NCBI GenBank assembly: GCA_018812245.1
Contig: JAHJDW010000163.1
Coordinates: 41,435-105,434 of the forward strand
From: Bacteroidota bacterium
GTDB lineage: Bacteria; Bacteroidota; Bacteroidia; Bacteroidales; JAHJDW01
DNA: 64,000 nucleotides
Reading direction: 5' to 3'
This document shows positions 38,009 to 48,108 of the stretch, in pieces (the first letter of the stretch is position 1; the number at the start of each line of letters is the position of its first letter). Position numbers and translations under genes: made by a program. The notes below the pieces were generated by a model. It had not been told where the DNA came from. It did no database searches and worked only from the letters and a program-made list of their open reading frames with translations.

Positions 38009-39274
38009 TTACGCATTGGTTCTGATCGCCTCCACGGGATCGAGGCGTGAAGCAACCCAGGCCGGCACAAAGCCTGAAACTAAACCGATAGTAGCAGAAA
38101 TTGACAACCCACGAATGATGTTTGCCAATGTCAGCGACAATTCAAAATCGGACATTCCGGAAATAAGCAACAACATAAGAAAAATGATCAGCAGCCCGAG
38201 AATCCCTCCGAAAACACTGAGTATTATTGCTTCGAAGAGAAACTGAAACAGGATAAAAAAGTTCTTTGCGCCAAGCGATTTCTGAATTCCGATAATTGAT
38301 GTTCTTTCCCTGACCGAAACAAACATAATATTCGCAATTCCAAAACCGCCGACCAGTATTGAAAACCCTCCGATTACCCATCCAGCCAATGAAACAATGA
38401 CGAACAGTTCGTCGAATCCCTTTGTTAGCAAGCTTGTTTCGTTAATAGCAAAATCATCTTCTGCTCTGGGGCTGAGTTTTCTGATCGAACGCATGATACC
38501 AGTAAGCTCGTCGCGTAATTCTTCGTTTGAAATGCCCTTTTTGGCTTTCACAATTATCAGGGGATCAATATATCGGGAATCGAGATCAATCAGGTTTCGC
38601 AAAAAATTGACGGGAACAGTAATCTCTTCATCTTTGTTGCTACCAAACATGTTTTCGCCTTCTTTCTTGTAAACCCCTACTACACTCACTTTTCTTCCAA
38701 GTAGCTTCATCTGTTTGTTTAAGGGATCAGCGTCACCAAATAGATTTGTAGCGATAGTATTTCCAATGACTGCAACCTGCTTTCCGCTTCCGAATTCAAC
38801 GTCAGAGATGAAGCGTCCCTTTTCAATCTCAAAAGAAGAAACCGTTTCATAACCATTTGAAACTGCGACAACGGAAGCATTTTAGATAACACTGTTTCGG
38901 TTCTCAACTGTTTTACTAACAGAAACCAGAAAAGCCATTGATTCTGCGTTTTTTGTTCGCCGCTGCAAATCTTCCAACTCAGATATTTTTGGAACGGGGC
39001 GATTCATGTATTTCCACCACGGATAATCTCCTCCAAATGCCCATGGCCATTTTTGTATGAAAAGAACATTGTCGCCCAGTGATTCTATACTGCTTTTGAT
39101 GGTGTTCTTCATAGAATCAACCACAGTAAAAACAGAAATAATTGCGAATATCCCGATTGTGATTCCGAGCAGCGACAGGATTGTTCTCAGCCTGTTTGCT
39201 GAAATTGCCTCCATAGCGAAAGCGAAACTCTCTCCCAGCAGTCGCAGCCAGATCATAAGGTTTGTTTTTTGCAA
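38009..39274 (-). pseudogene. MacB/FtsX-type ABC transporter permease interrupted by one in-frame TAA.
   Basis: The N-terminal ORF (38882-39274) and the C-terminal ORF (38009-38710) are in the same frame. The intervening codons read as continuous permease sequence: ...ENRNSVI*NASVVAVSNGYETVSSFEIEKGRFISDVEFGSGKQVAVIGNTIATNLFGDADPLNKQMKLLGRKVSV. The premature stop is at 38882-38884. Confidence 0.7.
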
Positions 39275-39365
39275 ACTTACATAAAATCGGGCGGTATCAA
39301 CTTGAATTTTGTTTTTTTAAGAACGAATAGGCAAAAAGAATAATTTTGTCGGCAAGAAAAGATAT

Positions 39366-40892
39366 ATGATTATGGAACAAAAGAAAATAAGGACGGCATT
39401 TGTGTCTGTTTTTCATAAAGAGAAATTGGAAAATTTGTTAGGCGTTTTGGCGAACAACAAGGTTCAGATTATAAGTACCGGTGGGACTTATGACTATATT
39501 ACAGCACTTGGTTTAGTCGCGGTAAAAGCGGAAGAAATTACAGGGTTGTCGGAAATGCTGGGGGGTCGGGTTAAAACATTACACCCGGTAATTTTTGGTG
39601 GGATACTTGCGCGTCGTGATAATGAAATGGATCAACAAGATTTGCGGAATCACGGTATTGCGGAAATAGACATGGTTGTGGTTGACCTATACCCATTTGT
39701 TGAAACAGATAAAACTGGCGTGGCGCAAGAAGCTGTAATTGAAAAAATCGACATTGGCGGAATCAGTTTGATAAGGGCAGCAGCCAAAAATTTCAGAGAT
39801 GTACTGATTGTTCCCTCTTCGGATTACTACAACGAGGCAGCGGAGATTCTTCGGGCGAAAAACGGGTGTACGGAAGAAACAGACCGTCGAAGATTTTCTG
39901 CCAGAGCTTTTGATATCAGTAGTACATACGATGCTGAGATTTACAGGTACATTTCTGGTGATTCGGCTCAGGTTTTCAAGCACAACGCTGTTGGCGCAAA
40001 TCACCTCAGGTATGGCGAGAATCCTCACCAAAAGGGTGTTTTTTACGGGAATATGGATGAGGTTTTTACCAAAATTCAAGGGAAGGAGATCTCCTACAAC
40101 AATCTTTTGGATATTGATGCGGGCATCAGCCTGATCAAGGAGTTTGATGAACCTACGGTTGCTATTCTCAAACATAATAATGCATGTGGTGTAGCAAGTC
40201 GCCCGACGGTTTCCGAAGCCTGGGATGCGGCTCTGGCAGGTGACCCGGTTTCAGCTTTTGGGGGTGTAATTATTTTCAATCAAGAAGTTGGGATAGAAGT
40301 TGCAGAAAAAATGAATGCTTTGTTTTTTGAGGTTTTGATTGCTCCGTCATATACGCAGGATGCATTGGGCGTATTGGCATCGAGAAAAAATAGAATTCTC
40401 CTACAGCAAAACAATTTCTCTGCAAGCGCATTTCAGTTTCGCGCATTGCTAAATGGTGTTCTTGTTCAGGACAGGGATTTTTGCACAGAGGGTATTGCGG
40501 AAATGAAGCTGGTTACGGAAAAACAACCCACGGAGGAAGAGTATGCGGATTTGATATTCGCCAACAAAATTGTGAAGCATTCCCGTTCAAATGCTATTGT
40601 ATTGGCGAAGGACAGGCAGTTGACAGGCAGTGGAATTGGTCAGACTTCGCGTGTGGATGCACTGAAGCAAGCGATCATCAAAGCACAAGAGTTTGGATTT
40701 GACCTGCAGGGTGCAGTATTGGCCTCGGACGCATTTTTTCCGTTTTCTGACTGTGTTGAAATTGGCGGGGAAGCTGGTGTTACAGCGATTGTTCAGCCCG
40801 GCGGATCAGTCAGGGATAGTGATTCCATCGAGGTGTGCAACAAAAACGGAATAGCAATGGTGTTTTCAGGGAGGCGCCATTTTCGTCACTGA
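39366..40892 (+). CDS. purH: Bifunctional AICAR transformylase / IMP cyclohydrolase.
   Basis: It resembles PurH over its full length (MGS-like N-terminus, AICARFT C-terminus; 508 aa). Confidence 0.92.
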   Translation: MIMEQKKIRTAFVSVFHKEKLENLLGVLANNKVQIISTGGTYDYITALGLVAVKAEEITGLSEMLGGRVKTLHPVIFGGILARRDNEMDQQDLRNHGIAEIDMVVVDLYPFVETDKTGVAQEAVIEKIDIGGISLIRAAAKNFRDVLIVPSSDYYNEAAEILRAKNGCTEETDRRRFSARAFDISSTYDAEIYRYISGDSAQVFKHNAVGANHLRYGENPHQKGVFYGNMDEVFTKIQGKEISYNNLLDIDAGISLIKEFDEPTVAILKHNNACGVASRPTVSEAWDAALAGDPVSAFGGVIIFNQEVGIEVAEKMNALFFEVLIAPSYTQDALGVLASRKNRILLQQNNFSASAFQFRALLNGVLVQDRDFCTEGIAEMKLVTEKQPTEEEYADLIFANKIVKHSRSNAIVLAKDRQLTGSGIGQTSRVDALKQAIIKAQEFGFDLQGAVLASDAFFPFSDCVEIGGEAGVTAIVQPGGSVRDSDSIEVCNKNGIAMVFSGRRHFRH

Positions 40893-41008
40893 CCGTTTGA
40901 TAATTCCTAACGAAAAATTGTTAATAAATACTTAGTGCGCTGCGCTTATTCCGTAGTACTAATATATAATTTTGGCGATAGTCATAGAAACCAGCACACA
41001 GAGAGACA

Positions 41009-42031
41009 ATGGGACTTTTCTCCTTCCTCACCAGAGAGATAGCAATAGATCTTGGAACAGCCAACACGCTGATCATCTACAATGATAAGGTAGTCGTGGA
41101 TGAGCCATCCATAGTTGCCATAGACAAAACAACGGGTAAAGTAATCGCAGTTGGGAAGCAAGCCATGATGATGCATGGGAAAACCCATGAGAACATCAAA
41201 ACCATCAGGCCACTTCGTGATGGAGTAATCGCAGATTTTCAGGCAGCGGAGCATATGATTCGCGGGATGATCAAGATGATTGGCACCCGAAACGGTCTAT
41301 TCAGCCCAAGCCTGAGGATGGTAATCTGCATTCCAAGCGGCATTACTGAGGTTGAAGAAAGAGCTGTACGCGATTCCGCTGAACATGCCGGAGCGAAGGA
41401 AGTGCGAATGATTCATGAACCTATGGCTGCTGCAATAGGTATTGGTATCGACGTTCAGGAGCCTACGGGGAACATGATTATTGATATCGGTGGTGGTACC
41501 AGTGAAATAGCCATAATTGCACTTGGTGGGATTGTATGCAACAAGAGCGTACGTGTTGCGGGCGACAATTTCAATGCAGATATTGAGGATTACATGCGCC
41601 GTCAACACAATATACTGATCGGTGAACGTTCGGCTGAAAGGATAAAAATTGAGGTTGGCGCTGCAATGACTGAAATTGATAATCCGCCGCCTGATTATGC
41701 TGTTCATGGTAGAGATATGATGACCGGGATACCTAAAGAGATTATGGTTTCATATCATGAAATAGCGCACTGTCTCGATAAAAGCATCGCAAAGGTAGAA
41801 ACGGCGATATTGAATACACTTGAAATGACCCCTCCTGAATTGTCGGCCGACATATTCAGGACAGGTATATATCTTGCCGGTGGTGGCGGACTGCTTCGCG
41901 GGCTTGACAAGAGAATTAGCCTGAAGACAAAACTTCCGGTCCATGTGGCTGAAGATCCGCTTCGTGCTGTCGCCCGCGGGACAGGCATTGCGCTGAAGAA
42001 CTTCGACAAGTATCCTTTTCTTATCAAATAA
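41009..42031 (+). CDS. mreB: Rod-shape-determining actin homolog MreB.
   Basis: The translation carries IDLGTANTLI...MIIDIGGGTSEIA...GGGGLLRGLD. Confidence 0.95.
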   Translation: MGLFSFLTREIAIDLGTANTLIIYNDKVVVDEPSIVAIDKTTGKVIAVGKQAMMMHGKTHENIKTIRPLRDGVIADFQAAEHMIRGMIKMIGTRNGLFSPSLRMVICIPSGITEVEERAVRDSAEHAGAKEVRMIHEPMAAAIGIGIDVQEPTGNMIIDIGGGTSEIAIIALGGIVCNKSVRVAGDNFNADIEDYMRRQHNILIGERSAERIKIEVGAAMTEIDNPPPDYAVHGRDMMTGIPKEIMVSYHEIAHCLDKSIAKVETAILNTLEMTPPELSADIFRTGIYLAGGGGLLRGLDKRISLKTKLPVHVAEDPLRAVARGTGIALKNFDKYPFLIK

Positions 42032-42076
42032 TACCGACATGCTTCAAAGTGGCATGATCCGGAAATAAATACAGAC

Positions 42077-42913
42077 ATGCGAAGCCTTCTTCGGTTCATA
42101 TTTCGATATCATTTCTTTTTTCTCTTCCTGCTGCTTGAGAGTGTCTGCTTCATGCTTATTGCAGGGAATAATTTCTTTCAGCGCGCCAGTATTGTCAATA
42201 CCAGCAGTGCCTTCACTGGCACAGTTCTGACTGCATTCAACAATGTTGAGGAGTATTTTAGCCTCCGGCGCACAAACAGGTTATTGGCAGAAGAAAATGC
42301 CCTTCTCCGAAATCACCAGATTGAGTCATATTTATTATCGGATACGATGAAATATCTGAAATATGATGAGCTTCACATGGTCAGGTATGAATATGTTCCG
42401 GCGAAAGTTGTAAATAATACGGTGAACAGGCAGAAGAATTACATAACAATAAACAGGGGAAGTAAATATGGGATAGCGCCTGATATGGCGGTGATTTCGA
42501 GTAATGGTATAGTGGGAATTGTAATCGATGTTACGGAAAATTTCAGTACAGCAATTTCGATTCTTCATATTGATACAAAAATCAGCGCAAAGATCAGGAA
42601 GAACGGCTACATCGGTTCCTTAACATGGGACGGCACCTCAAAGAACATGGGGTTATTGTCTGATATTTCGACCTATGTAACGATCAGCAAGGGCGATACT
42701 GTTGTAACAAGTGGGTTTTCGACTGTTTTCCCGGAAAATATTATGGTTGGGCAAATCGAAGACTTCTATATACCTGAAGGAGAGAACTTTTTTAAGATAA
42801 AAGTTAGATTTTCAACGGATTTCAGCAATCTTTCATTTGCATATGTTATAAAAAACCACTTGCAAAAAGAGCAAAAAGAGTTAGAAGAAAGGAGCGTCGC
42901 GAAGAATGAATAA
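42077..42913 (+). CDS. mreC: Rod-shape-determining protein MreC.
   Basis: The call rests on its position after mreB, an N-terminal TM helix plus coiled coil, and beta-rich G.VG.V motifs. Confidence 0.85.
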   Translation: MRSLLRFIFRYHFFFLFLLLESVCFMLIAGNNFFQRASIVNTSSAFTGTVLTAFNNVEEYFSLRRTNRLLAEENALLRNHQIESYLLSDTMKYLKYDELHMVRYEYVPAKVVNNTVNRQKNYITINRGSKYGIAPDMAVISSNGIVGIVIDVTENFSTAISILHIDTKISAKIRKNGYIGSLTWDGTSKNMGLLSDISTYVTISKGDTVVTSGFSTVFPENIMVGQIEDFYIPEGENFFKIKVRFSTDFSNLSFAYVIKNHLQKEQKELEERSVAKNE

Positions 42914-43418
42914 GTATTTTCCGCATATCGGACGTTTTGTGTTGCTGATTTTGTTTCAGGTTTTGATTCTGAATAAGATATATCTTTTCAACATGATAAA
43001 TCCCTTCGTTTATGTGATGTTTCTGATCATGTTGCCTTTTGAGACTCCCGGCTGGATATTGCTTATTATTGGGTTTTTTACAGGCTTAACGATAGATATT
43101 TTTTCAGACACTCTGGGAATGCATGCAGCAGCATCGGTACTCATGTGTTTTTCCCGACCGATAGTCCAGAGATACGTGCTTCCCCGCGAGCAGGATTATG
43201 TTCAGCCAAGCCTTAATGACCTTGGACTATACCGGTTTGTAAGTTTTGCGGGTATTCTGGTGTTAATTCATCATTTCTCTCTCTTTTATATTGAAATTTT
43301 TCGTTTTCAGGGATTCTTCTACACCATGGTGCGTGTGCTTGCAAGCTCAGTGTTTTCTATAGGTTTGATATTGCTAATTCTGACACTGATTAACATTTCA
43401 AAAGATAGAAAGCGATGA
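42906..43418 (+). CDS. mreD: Rod-shape-determining protein MreD.
   Basis: A 170-aa polytopic membrane protein. Its start overlaps the end of mreC. Confidence 0.75.
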   Translation: MNKYFPHIGRFVLLILFQVLILNKIYLFNMINPFVYVMFLIMLPFETPGWILLIIGFFTGLTIDIFSDTLGMHAAASVLMCFSRPIVQRYVLPREQDYVQPSLNDLGLYRFVSFAGILVLIHHFSLFYIEIFRFQGFFYTMVRVLASSVFSIGLILLILTLINISKDRKR

Positions 43419-43434
43419 AATCAGGGATAGAAAA

Positions 43435-45261
43435 ATGAGGATAAACACGAGGCATCAGGACAGGAGTTATATCATCATAGCAATCTTTGCTTTCGTGGCC
43501 GTTGTGTTTATTCTTCGCCTGTTCTACATTCAGGTTTTGGTAGATAAGTACAAACTGAGTGCGGAAAATAATGTGTTGCGCTATGTAACCATATATCCGG
43601 ATCGCGGGTTGATTTTTGACCGTAACGGGAAATCGCTTGTAGAAAATGAAGCCAGTTACGATTTAATGGTTACGCCACGACATGTAAGTGAACTTGATAC
43701 GCTTGAATTTTGTGATCTTCTTGGGATTGACACGGCAGCGTTCAATAAACGTCTTACTGAAGCAAAGAATTATTCGATGTACAAGTCATCGGTTTTTGAA
43801 AAGGAAATACCAAAGGAGGTATATGCCCGTTTTCAGGAAAAGCTATATAAGTACAACGGGTTTTATATCCAGCGCCGTACTGTTCGTCGCTATCCACACA
43901 ACATCGCCCCGCACTTACTTGGATACATTGGTGAAGTGAATGCATCAATCGTTGAAAAGGACAAATACTATAAATCAGGCGATTATATAGGAATCAGTGG
44001 CATTGAGAAAACGTACGAGAAATATCTGCGTGGCAGGAAGGGCTTGCGGATAATGATGGTTGACGTATTTAACCGCGAAAAAGGACATTATAAGGAAGGC
44101 AGGTACGATACTATTGCGCTCAGCGGGTTCAATCTGACAACAACTATTGATGCGATATTGCAGGAATATGGCGAGAAACTTATGCAAAACAAGAAAGGGT
44201 CGATTGTAGCCATCGAACCTGCTACCGGTGAGATTCTCGCAATGGTGTCAAGTCCGGCATACAACCCGTCCGACCTTGTTGGCAGGAAACTGCGAGAGAA
44301 TTTCAGTAAACTTCAGAATGATACTGCAAGAATACCCCTGTATAACAGGGCATTGCAGGCTCAGTACCCTCCCGGGTCAACCTTTAAGACGATAAATGCA
44401 CTGGTTGGTCAGCAAATGGGAGTGATTAACATAAATACCAGGTTTGGGTGCGCACATGGGTTTACTGCCGGGGGGTTGCATGTGGGCTGTCATGGTCATG
44501 CTTCGCCTCTGAATCTGGTGCAATCAATACAGCATAGTTGTAACGCATGGTATTGTAATGCTTTTTGGGCAATGATTGATCGCAGTGGGTATAAGAATAG
44601 TCACGATGGATTTGTAGCCTGGCGCAATCACATTATGAGTTTTGGTTTCGGAAAAAAGTTTGATGATGACTTGTCGAACGAATACAACGGAAACATTCCA
44701 ACTCCTGAGTACTACGACAAATATCACGGCGCTGGGAGATGGAAGGGATTGACAATAATTTCGTTAAGTATCGGACAGGGGGAAGTACTGGTTACCCCGC
44801 TGCAATTGGCTAATGGCGCGGCGGTTATTGCCAACAGGGGTTATTACTATATACCTCATGTGGTTAAGAGAATCGGGGACAAAGGATTTGTTGATCCTCG
44901 TTTTATTGAGAAACATGTAACTACGGTGGAATCAAAATACTATGATCCTGTAGTTGAGGGAATGAACCTTGTGATGGAGGCCGGCACAGGGCATCGCGCC
45001 AATTTAAAGGGAATTCCAATGTGCGGAAAGACAGGAACCGCTCAGAATCCACACGGCAAAGACCATTCGATTTTTGTGTTGTTTGCTCCGATGGATAATC
45101 CGAAAATAGCAGTCTCGGTAATTGTTGAAAACAGCGGTTTTGGTGCAACATGGGCGGCTCCGATTGCCAGTCTGATGGTTGAAAAATACCTGACTGATAC
45201 AATAACAAGACCTGATATGGAGAAAAGGATGTTTGAAGGTAATTTAATGGGAGCGAAATAA
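43435..45261 (+). CDS. mrdA: Penicillin-binding protein 2 (elongasome transpeptidase).
   Basis: Transpeptidase motifs are present: STFK, SIGQG and KTGTAQ. Confidence 0.9.
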   Translation: MRINTRHQDRSYIIIAIFAFVAVVFILRLFYIQVLVDKYKLSAENNVLRYVTIYPDRGLIFDRNGKSLVENEASYDLMVTPRHVSELDTLEFCDLLGIDTAAFNKRLTEAKNYSMYKSSVFEKEIPKEVYARFQEKLYKYNGFYIQRRTVRRYPHNIAPHLLGYIGEVNASIVEKDKYYKSGDYIGISGIEKTYEKYLRGRKGLRIMMVDVFNREKGHYKEGRYDTIALSGFNLTTTIDAILQEYGEKLMQNKKGSIVAIEPATGEILAMVSSPAYNPSDLVGRKLRENFSKLQNDTARIPLYNRALQAQYPPGSTFKTINALVGQQMGVININTRFGCAHGFTAGGLHVGCHGHASPLNLVQSIQHSCNAWYCNAFWAMIDRSGYKNSHDGFVAWRNHIMSFGFGKKFDDDLSNEYNGNIPTPEYYDKYHGAGRWKGLTIISLSIGQGEVLVTPLQLANGAAVIANRGYYYIPHVVKRIGDKGFVDPRFIEKHVTTVESKYYDPVVEGMNLVMEAGTGHRANLKGIPMCGKTGTAQNPHGKDHSIFVLFAPMDNPKIAVSVIVENSGFGATWAAPIASLMVEKYLTDTITRPDMEKRMFEGNLMGAK

Positions 45262-45263
45262 TA

Positions 45264-46526
45264 ATGCGGGAGCAAAGGACCATATTTGACAATATCGACT
45301 GGCAACTTGTTTTCCTTTATTTTGCTCTGGTATTGTTTGGCTGGATGAACATTTATGCCGCTGTTTATAACGAAGACCATAAAAGTATTTTCGATTTTTC
45401 GCAGCAATACGGAAAACAGCTTATCTGGATCGTTACAAGTTTGGTGCTGGCTCTTATTATCCTGATTACAGATGCAAAATTCTACTCCGCATTTGCTTAT
45501 GTTTTCTTCGGGTTAGTGATGTTTAGCCTGGTGGCAGTACTTGTCATTGGGAATAAAACCTCAGGTGCCCAGTCCTGGTTTGAAATCGGCGCATTCAAGA
45601 TTCAGCCCGCAGAGTTTGCAAAGTTTGCCACAAATTTGGCGGTAGCCAAGTACCTGAGTATGCAGAACATCAACATCCGGCAATTCCGTACAAAAGTAGT
45701 GGTAGGTTCTTTTCTGATCTTTCCGCTGCTCGCAATTCTGTTGCAGAACGATACAGGTTCGGCGATTGTTTTTGTCTGCTTTGTGTTTGTTTTATATCGC
45801 GAGGGGTTAAGTGGGTCGGTTTTGTTGATGGGCGTTGGACTGGCGTTCTTGTTTTTTATGGCATTGCTGGTCGAAAAATTTGTTCTTATCGGAGTAATCG
45901 CAGGAGTTTCGGCACTGGTGTATTATCTGGTGATGAAGAAGACCAGAAAAAACCTGATCATCATTAGCGCCATAGTTGTAGGAGCCTCCGGTTTTGTTTA
46001 CAGCGTGGATAAAATATTTACTGATGTTCTTGAGTCGCATCAGAAAGATAGAATTAACGTATTGATAGGCAAGGAGGTTGACCCAAAAGGTGTGGGCTAT
46101 AACGTAAATCAGTCGAAAATAGCCATCGGGTCGGGAGGATTCATGGGCAAAGGTTTTTTACAGGGAACCCAAACCAAATATGACTTTGTACCTGAACAGA
46201 GTACCGATTTTATTTTCTGCACGATTGGAGAAGAATGGGGATTCGTGGGAAGTACAATTGTTGTTTTTCTCTTTCTTTGGATGATGGTGCGTATTATTAT
46301 TATCTCAGAGCGACAACGGTCTGATTTCACGCGAATTTATGGCTATGGGCTTGCCAGTATTCTTTTCTTCCATTTTACAATCAATGTTGGCATGGCGCTG
46401 GGCATATTACCTGTAATCGGAATTCCGTTGCCATTTTTTAGCTATGGAGGATCCTCGCTCTGGAGTTTTACCATCCTATTCTTCATTTTTATAAAACTGG
46501 ACTCGTACCGGCTGAATTTGCTGTAA
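45264..46526 (+). CDS. rodA: SEDS glycosyltransferase RodA.
   Basis: An FtsW/RodA/SpoVE polytopic protein that follows mrdA. Confidence 0.9.
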   Translation: MREQRTIFDNIDWQLVFLYFALVLFGWMNIYAAVYNEDHKSIFDFSQQYGKQLIWIVTSLVLALIILITDAKFYSAFAYVFFGLVMFSLVAVLVIGNKTSGAQSWFEIGAFKIQPAEFAKFATNLAVAKYLSMQNINIRQFRTKVVVGSFLIFPLLAILLQNDTGSAIVFVCFVFVLYREGLSGSVLLMGVGLAFLFFMALLVEKFVLIGVIAGVSALVYYLVMKKTRKNLIIISAIVVGASGFVYSVDKIFTDVLESHQKDRINVLIGKEVDPKGVGYNVNQSKIAIGSGGFMGKGFLQGTQTKYDFVPEQSTDFIFCTIGEEWGFVGSTIVVFLFLWMMVRIIIISERQRSDFTRIYGYGLASILFFHFTINVGMALGILPVIGIPLPFFSYGGSSLWSFTILFFIFIKLDSYRLNLL

Positions 46527-46572
46527 GCGCAACATCCTGAAAGTCAGAGCGGTAGAAAATAAATTCAAAACA

Positions 46573-46674
46573 AACTAAGATTTTAGTTGACAAACTAAGT
46601 TTATAGTTGTATATTTGCAATGTGGGTTTTTGACAACCCTTTTTTCAGACAATAATTAACTAAGAATTTAGTTA
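46573..46674 (+). promoter_or_regulatory. Promoter with three palindromic operator-like sites upstream of the BlaI-family gene.
   Basis: The three sites are AACTAAgattTTAGTT (46573-46588), AACTAAgtttATAGTT (46593-46608) and tAACTAAgaatTTAGTTa (46657-46674). A TTG lies at 46587-46589 and a TATATTTG (TAnnTTTG) -7 box at 46610-46617. Confidence 0.6.
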
Positions 46675-46687
46675 TATAAAAAAGAAA

Positions 46688-47065
46688 ATGAAAGAGTTAA
46701 CCAAAGCAGAGGAGCAGATCATGCAGGTTCTGTGGGAAATGGAGAAGGGATTTGTAAAAGATGTTCTTGAAAAACTCCCAAGTCCGCTTCCTGCATATAA
46801 CACTGTGTCAACCATTATCCGGATACTGGAGAAGAAAGGTTTTGTAGGCTACACAGCTTATGGGAAGTCGCATGAATACTATCCGTTAGTCAGCAAGGAT
46901 GATTATACCCGCTCGTATTTCAGGAATTTTGTTTCCGGATATTTCAGCAATTCGTACAAGCAAATGGTTAGTTTTTTTGCCAAAGAACAGAACCTGAGTT
47001 TGCGTGAGCTTGAAGAAATCAAGGAATTAATGGATAAAGAAATCAAACGCAAAAAAAAGAAGTAA
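46688..47065 (+). CDS. BlaI/MecI/CopY-family winged-helix transcriptional repressor.
   Basis: The translation carries LTKAEEQIMQVLWEMEKGFVKDVLEKLP...YNTVSTIIRILEKKGFV, and is 125 aa long. Confidence 0.85.
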   Translation: MKELTKAEEQIMQVLWEMEKGFVKDVLEKLPSPLPAYNTVSTIIRILEKKGFVGYTAYGKSHEYYPLVSKDDYTRSYFRNFVSGYFSNSYKQMVSFFAKEQNLSLRELEEIKELMDKEIKRKKKK

Positions 47066-47066
47066 T

Positions 47067-48022
47067 ATGAATGCTCTGCTATTATATACGATTGAAGCCT
47101 CAGCAAGTCTGATCGTTTTGTACGGCATATATGCGATATTCCTGAGCCGCGACTCCTTCTTTAAGGTAAACCGCCTGTACCTCCTGGCATCATTACTGTT
47201 TTCGATGGCTATTCCCTTGTTTAGGATACCGCTATCCACTGGAGGAGATTCCGGAACGTATTCACAGATGCTGGATACCATTGTTGTAGGATCAAGCCAG
47301 GTAAAAGCCACAATCGACAGTGGTTCAATCCGGCGATCTGGCTGCTTCGTTCATCAATGAAGGCTACCCACGAATATCTGGCCGACGAGGGTGTGCTGAT
47401 GAGGGGGTTCGACAAGAGAGAGTACCAAAAAACCCTTCTTGAGCAGCAGTTGGGTGTGCAGGTAAACGATTTGACCAATAATTTCAATCATTCCTTACTA
47501 AAAAGAAGAATTCTGGTAATGGCACGCAGACCGGCAGCAAAAGTTTCGCTGCTGAAACTGCTGGTTTTGCTTCCAGTACTTTCCGTTCTTGTGGTTGCTA
47601 TATCGTGTACCGATGAAAGCGACAACGATTTGAGCTCGCAAAGCAAAATAGCAGGTGCTTCAGGCAATGACAGCAATTACAGTTTGCTGGTTGGGTCGGA
47701 TATTGAGAAAGTGTATAACGAGGTAGAGACAATGCCTGAATTTAAGGGCGGTCAGCCGGCTTTGACAAAGATGATAGTTGAAAACATTACATATCCCGAC
47801 GATGCAAAGCGGAATGGAATATCCGGCAAGGTAGTCGTTGAGTTTGTGATTGAAAAAGACGGAAAAGTGACAAATATAAAACTGAAAGAAGGAATTGGCT
47901 ACGGTTGTGACGAGGAGGCAATCCGTGTAATTTCTCAATCGCCGCCATGGAACCCGGGAGCGGTGAATGGAAATCCGGTACGCACCAGAGTAATGTTGCC
48001 GTTCAAATTCAATCTTTCATAA
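47067..48022 (+). pseudogene. BlaR1/M56-family sensor with a C-terminal TonB_C domain, carrying an internal out-of-frame deletion that removes the HExxH region.
   Basis: ORF 47067-47360 encodes only the N-terminal TM region. The frame of ORF 47357-48022 is open from 47225 and reads ...NRQWFNPAIWLLRSSMKATHEYLADEGVL, the segment that normally follows HExxH. No HExxH is present in any frame between the two parts. Confidence 0.6.
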
Positions 48023-48108
48023 TTTTTTCGAAGTTTCCAAATTTCATTAACAGTAACCTAATTTGTTTTGGCAAGGTACGCCTTGTCTGGAAACCCTATC
48101 GTGTTAAC

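Noticed and set aside
38882-38884. TAA reassignment (an alternative genetic code) as the explanation for the in-frame stop.
   Set aside because: TAA is used as the genuine terminal stop of this same gene (38009-38011), of recJ (36177-36179) and of several other genes in the window.
38719-38907. The 62-aa ORF bridging the two halves of the FtsX permease, which suggested a double frameshift.
   Set aside because: Hand translation shows the two permease halves are in the same frame, separated by a single TAA. The 62-aa ORF is an out-of-frame shadow.
39687-40175. Long antisense or out-of-frame ORFs inside well-supported genes. Examples: 39687-40175 in purH, 41297-41707 and 41755-42099 in mreB, 15855-16229 in the S51 gene, 11453-11887 in the MMPL gene, and 6298-6672 in the porin.
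   Set aside because: They lie entirely within genes that have strong motif support on the other frame or strand. Their translations are low-complexity or motif-free. I treat them as shadow ORFs.
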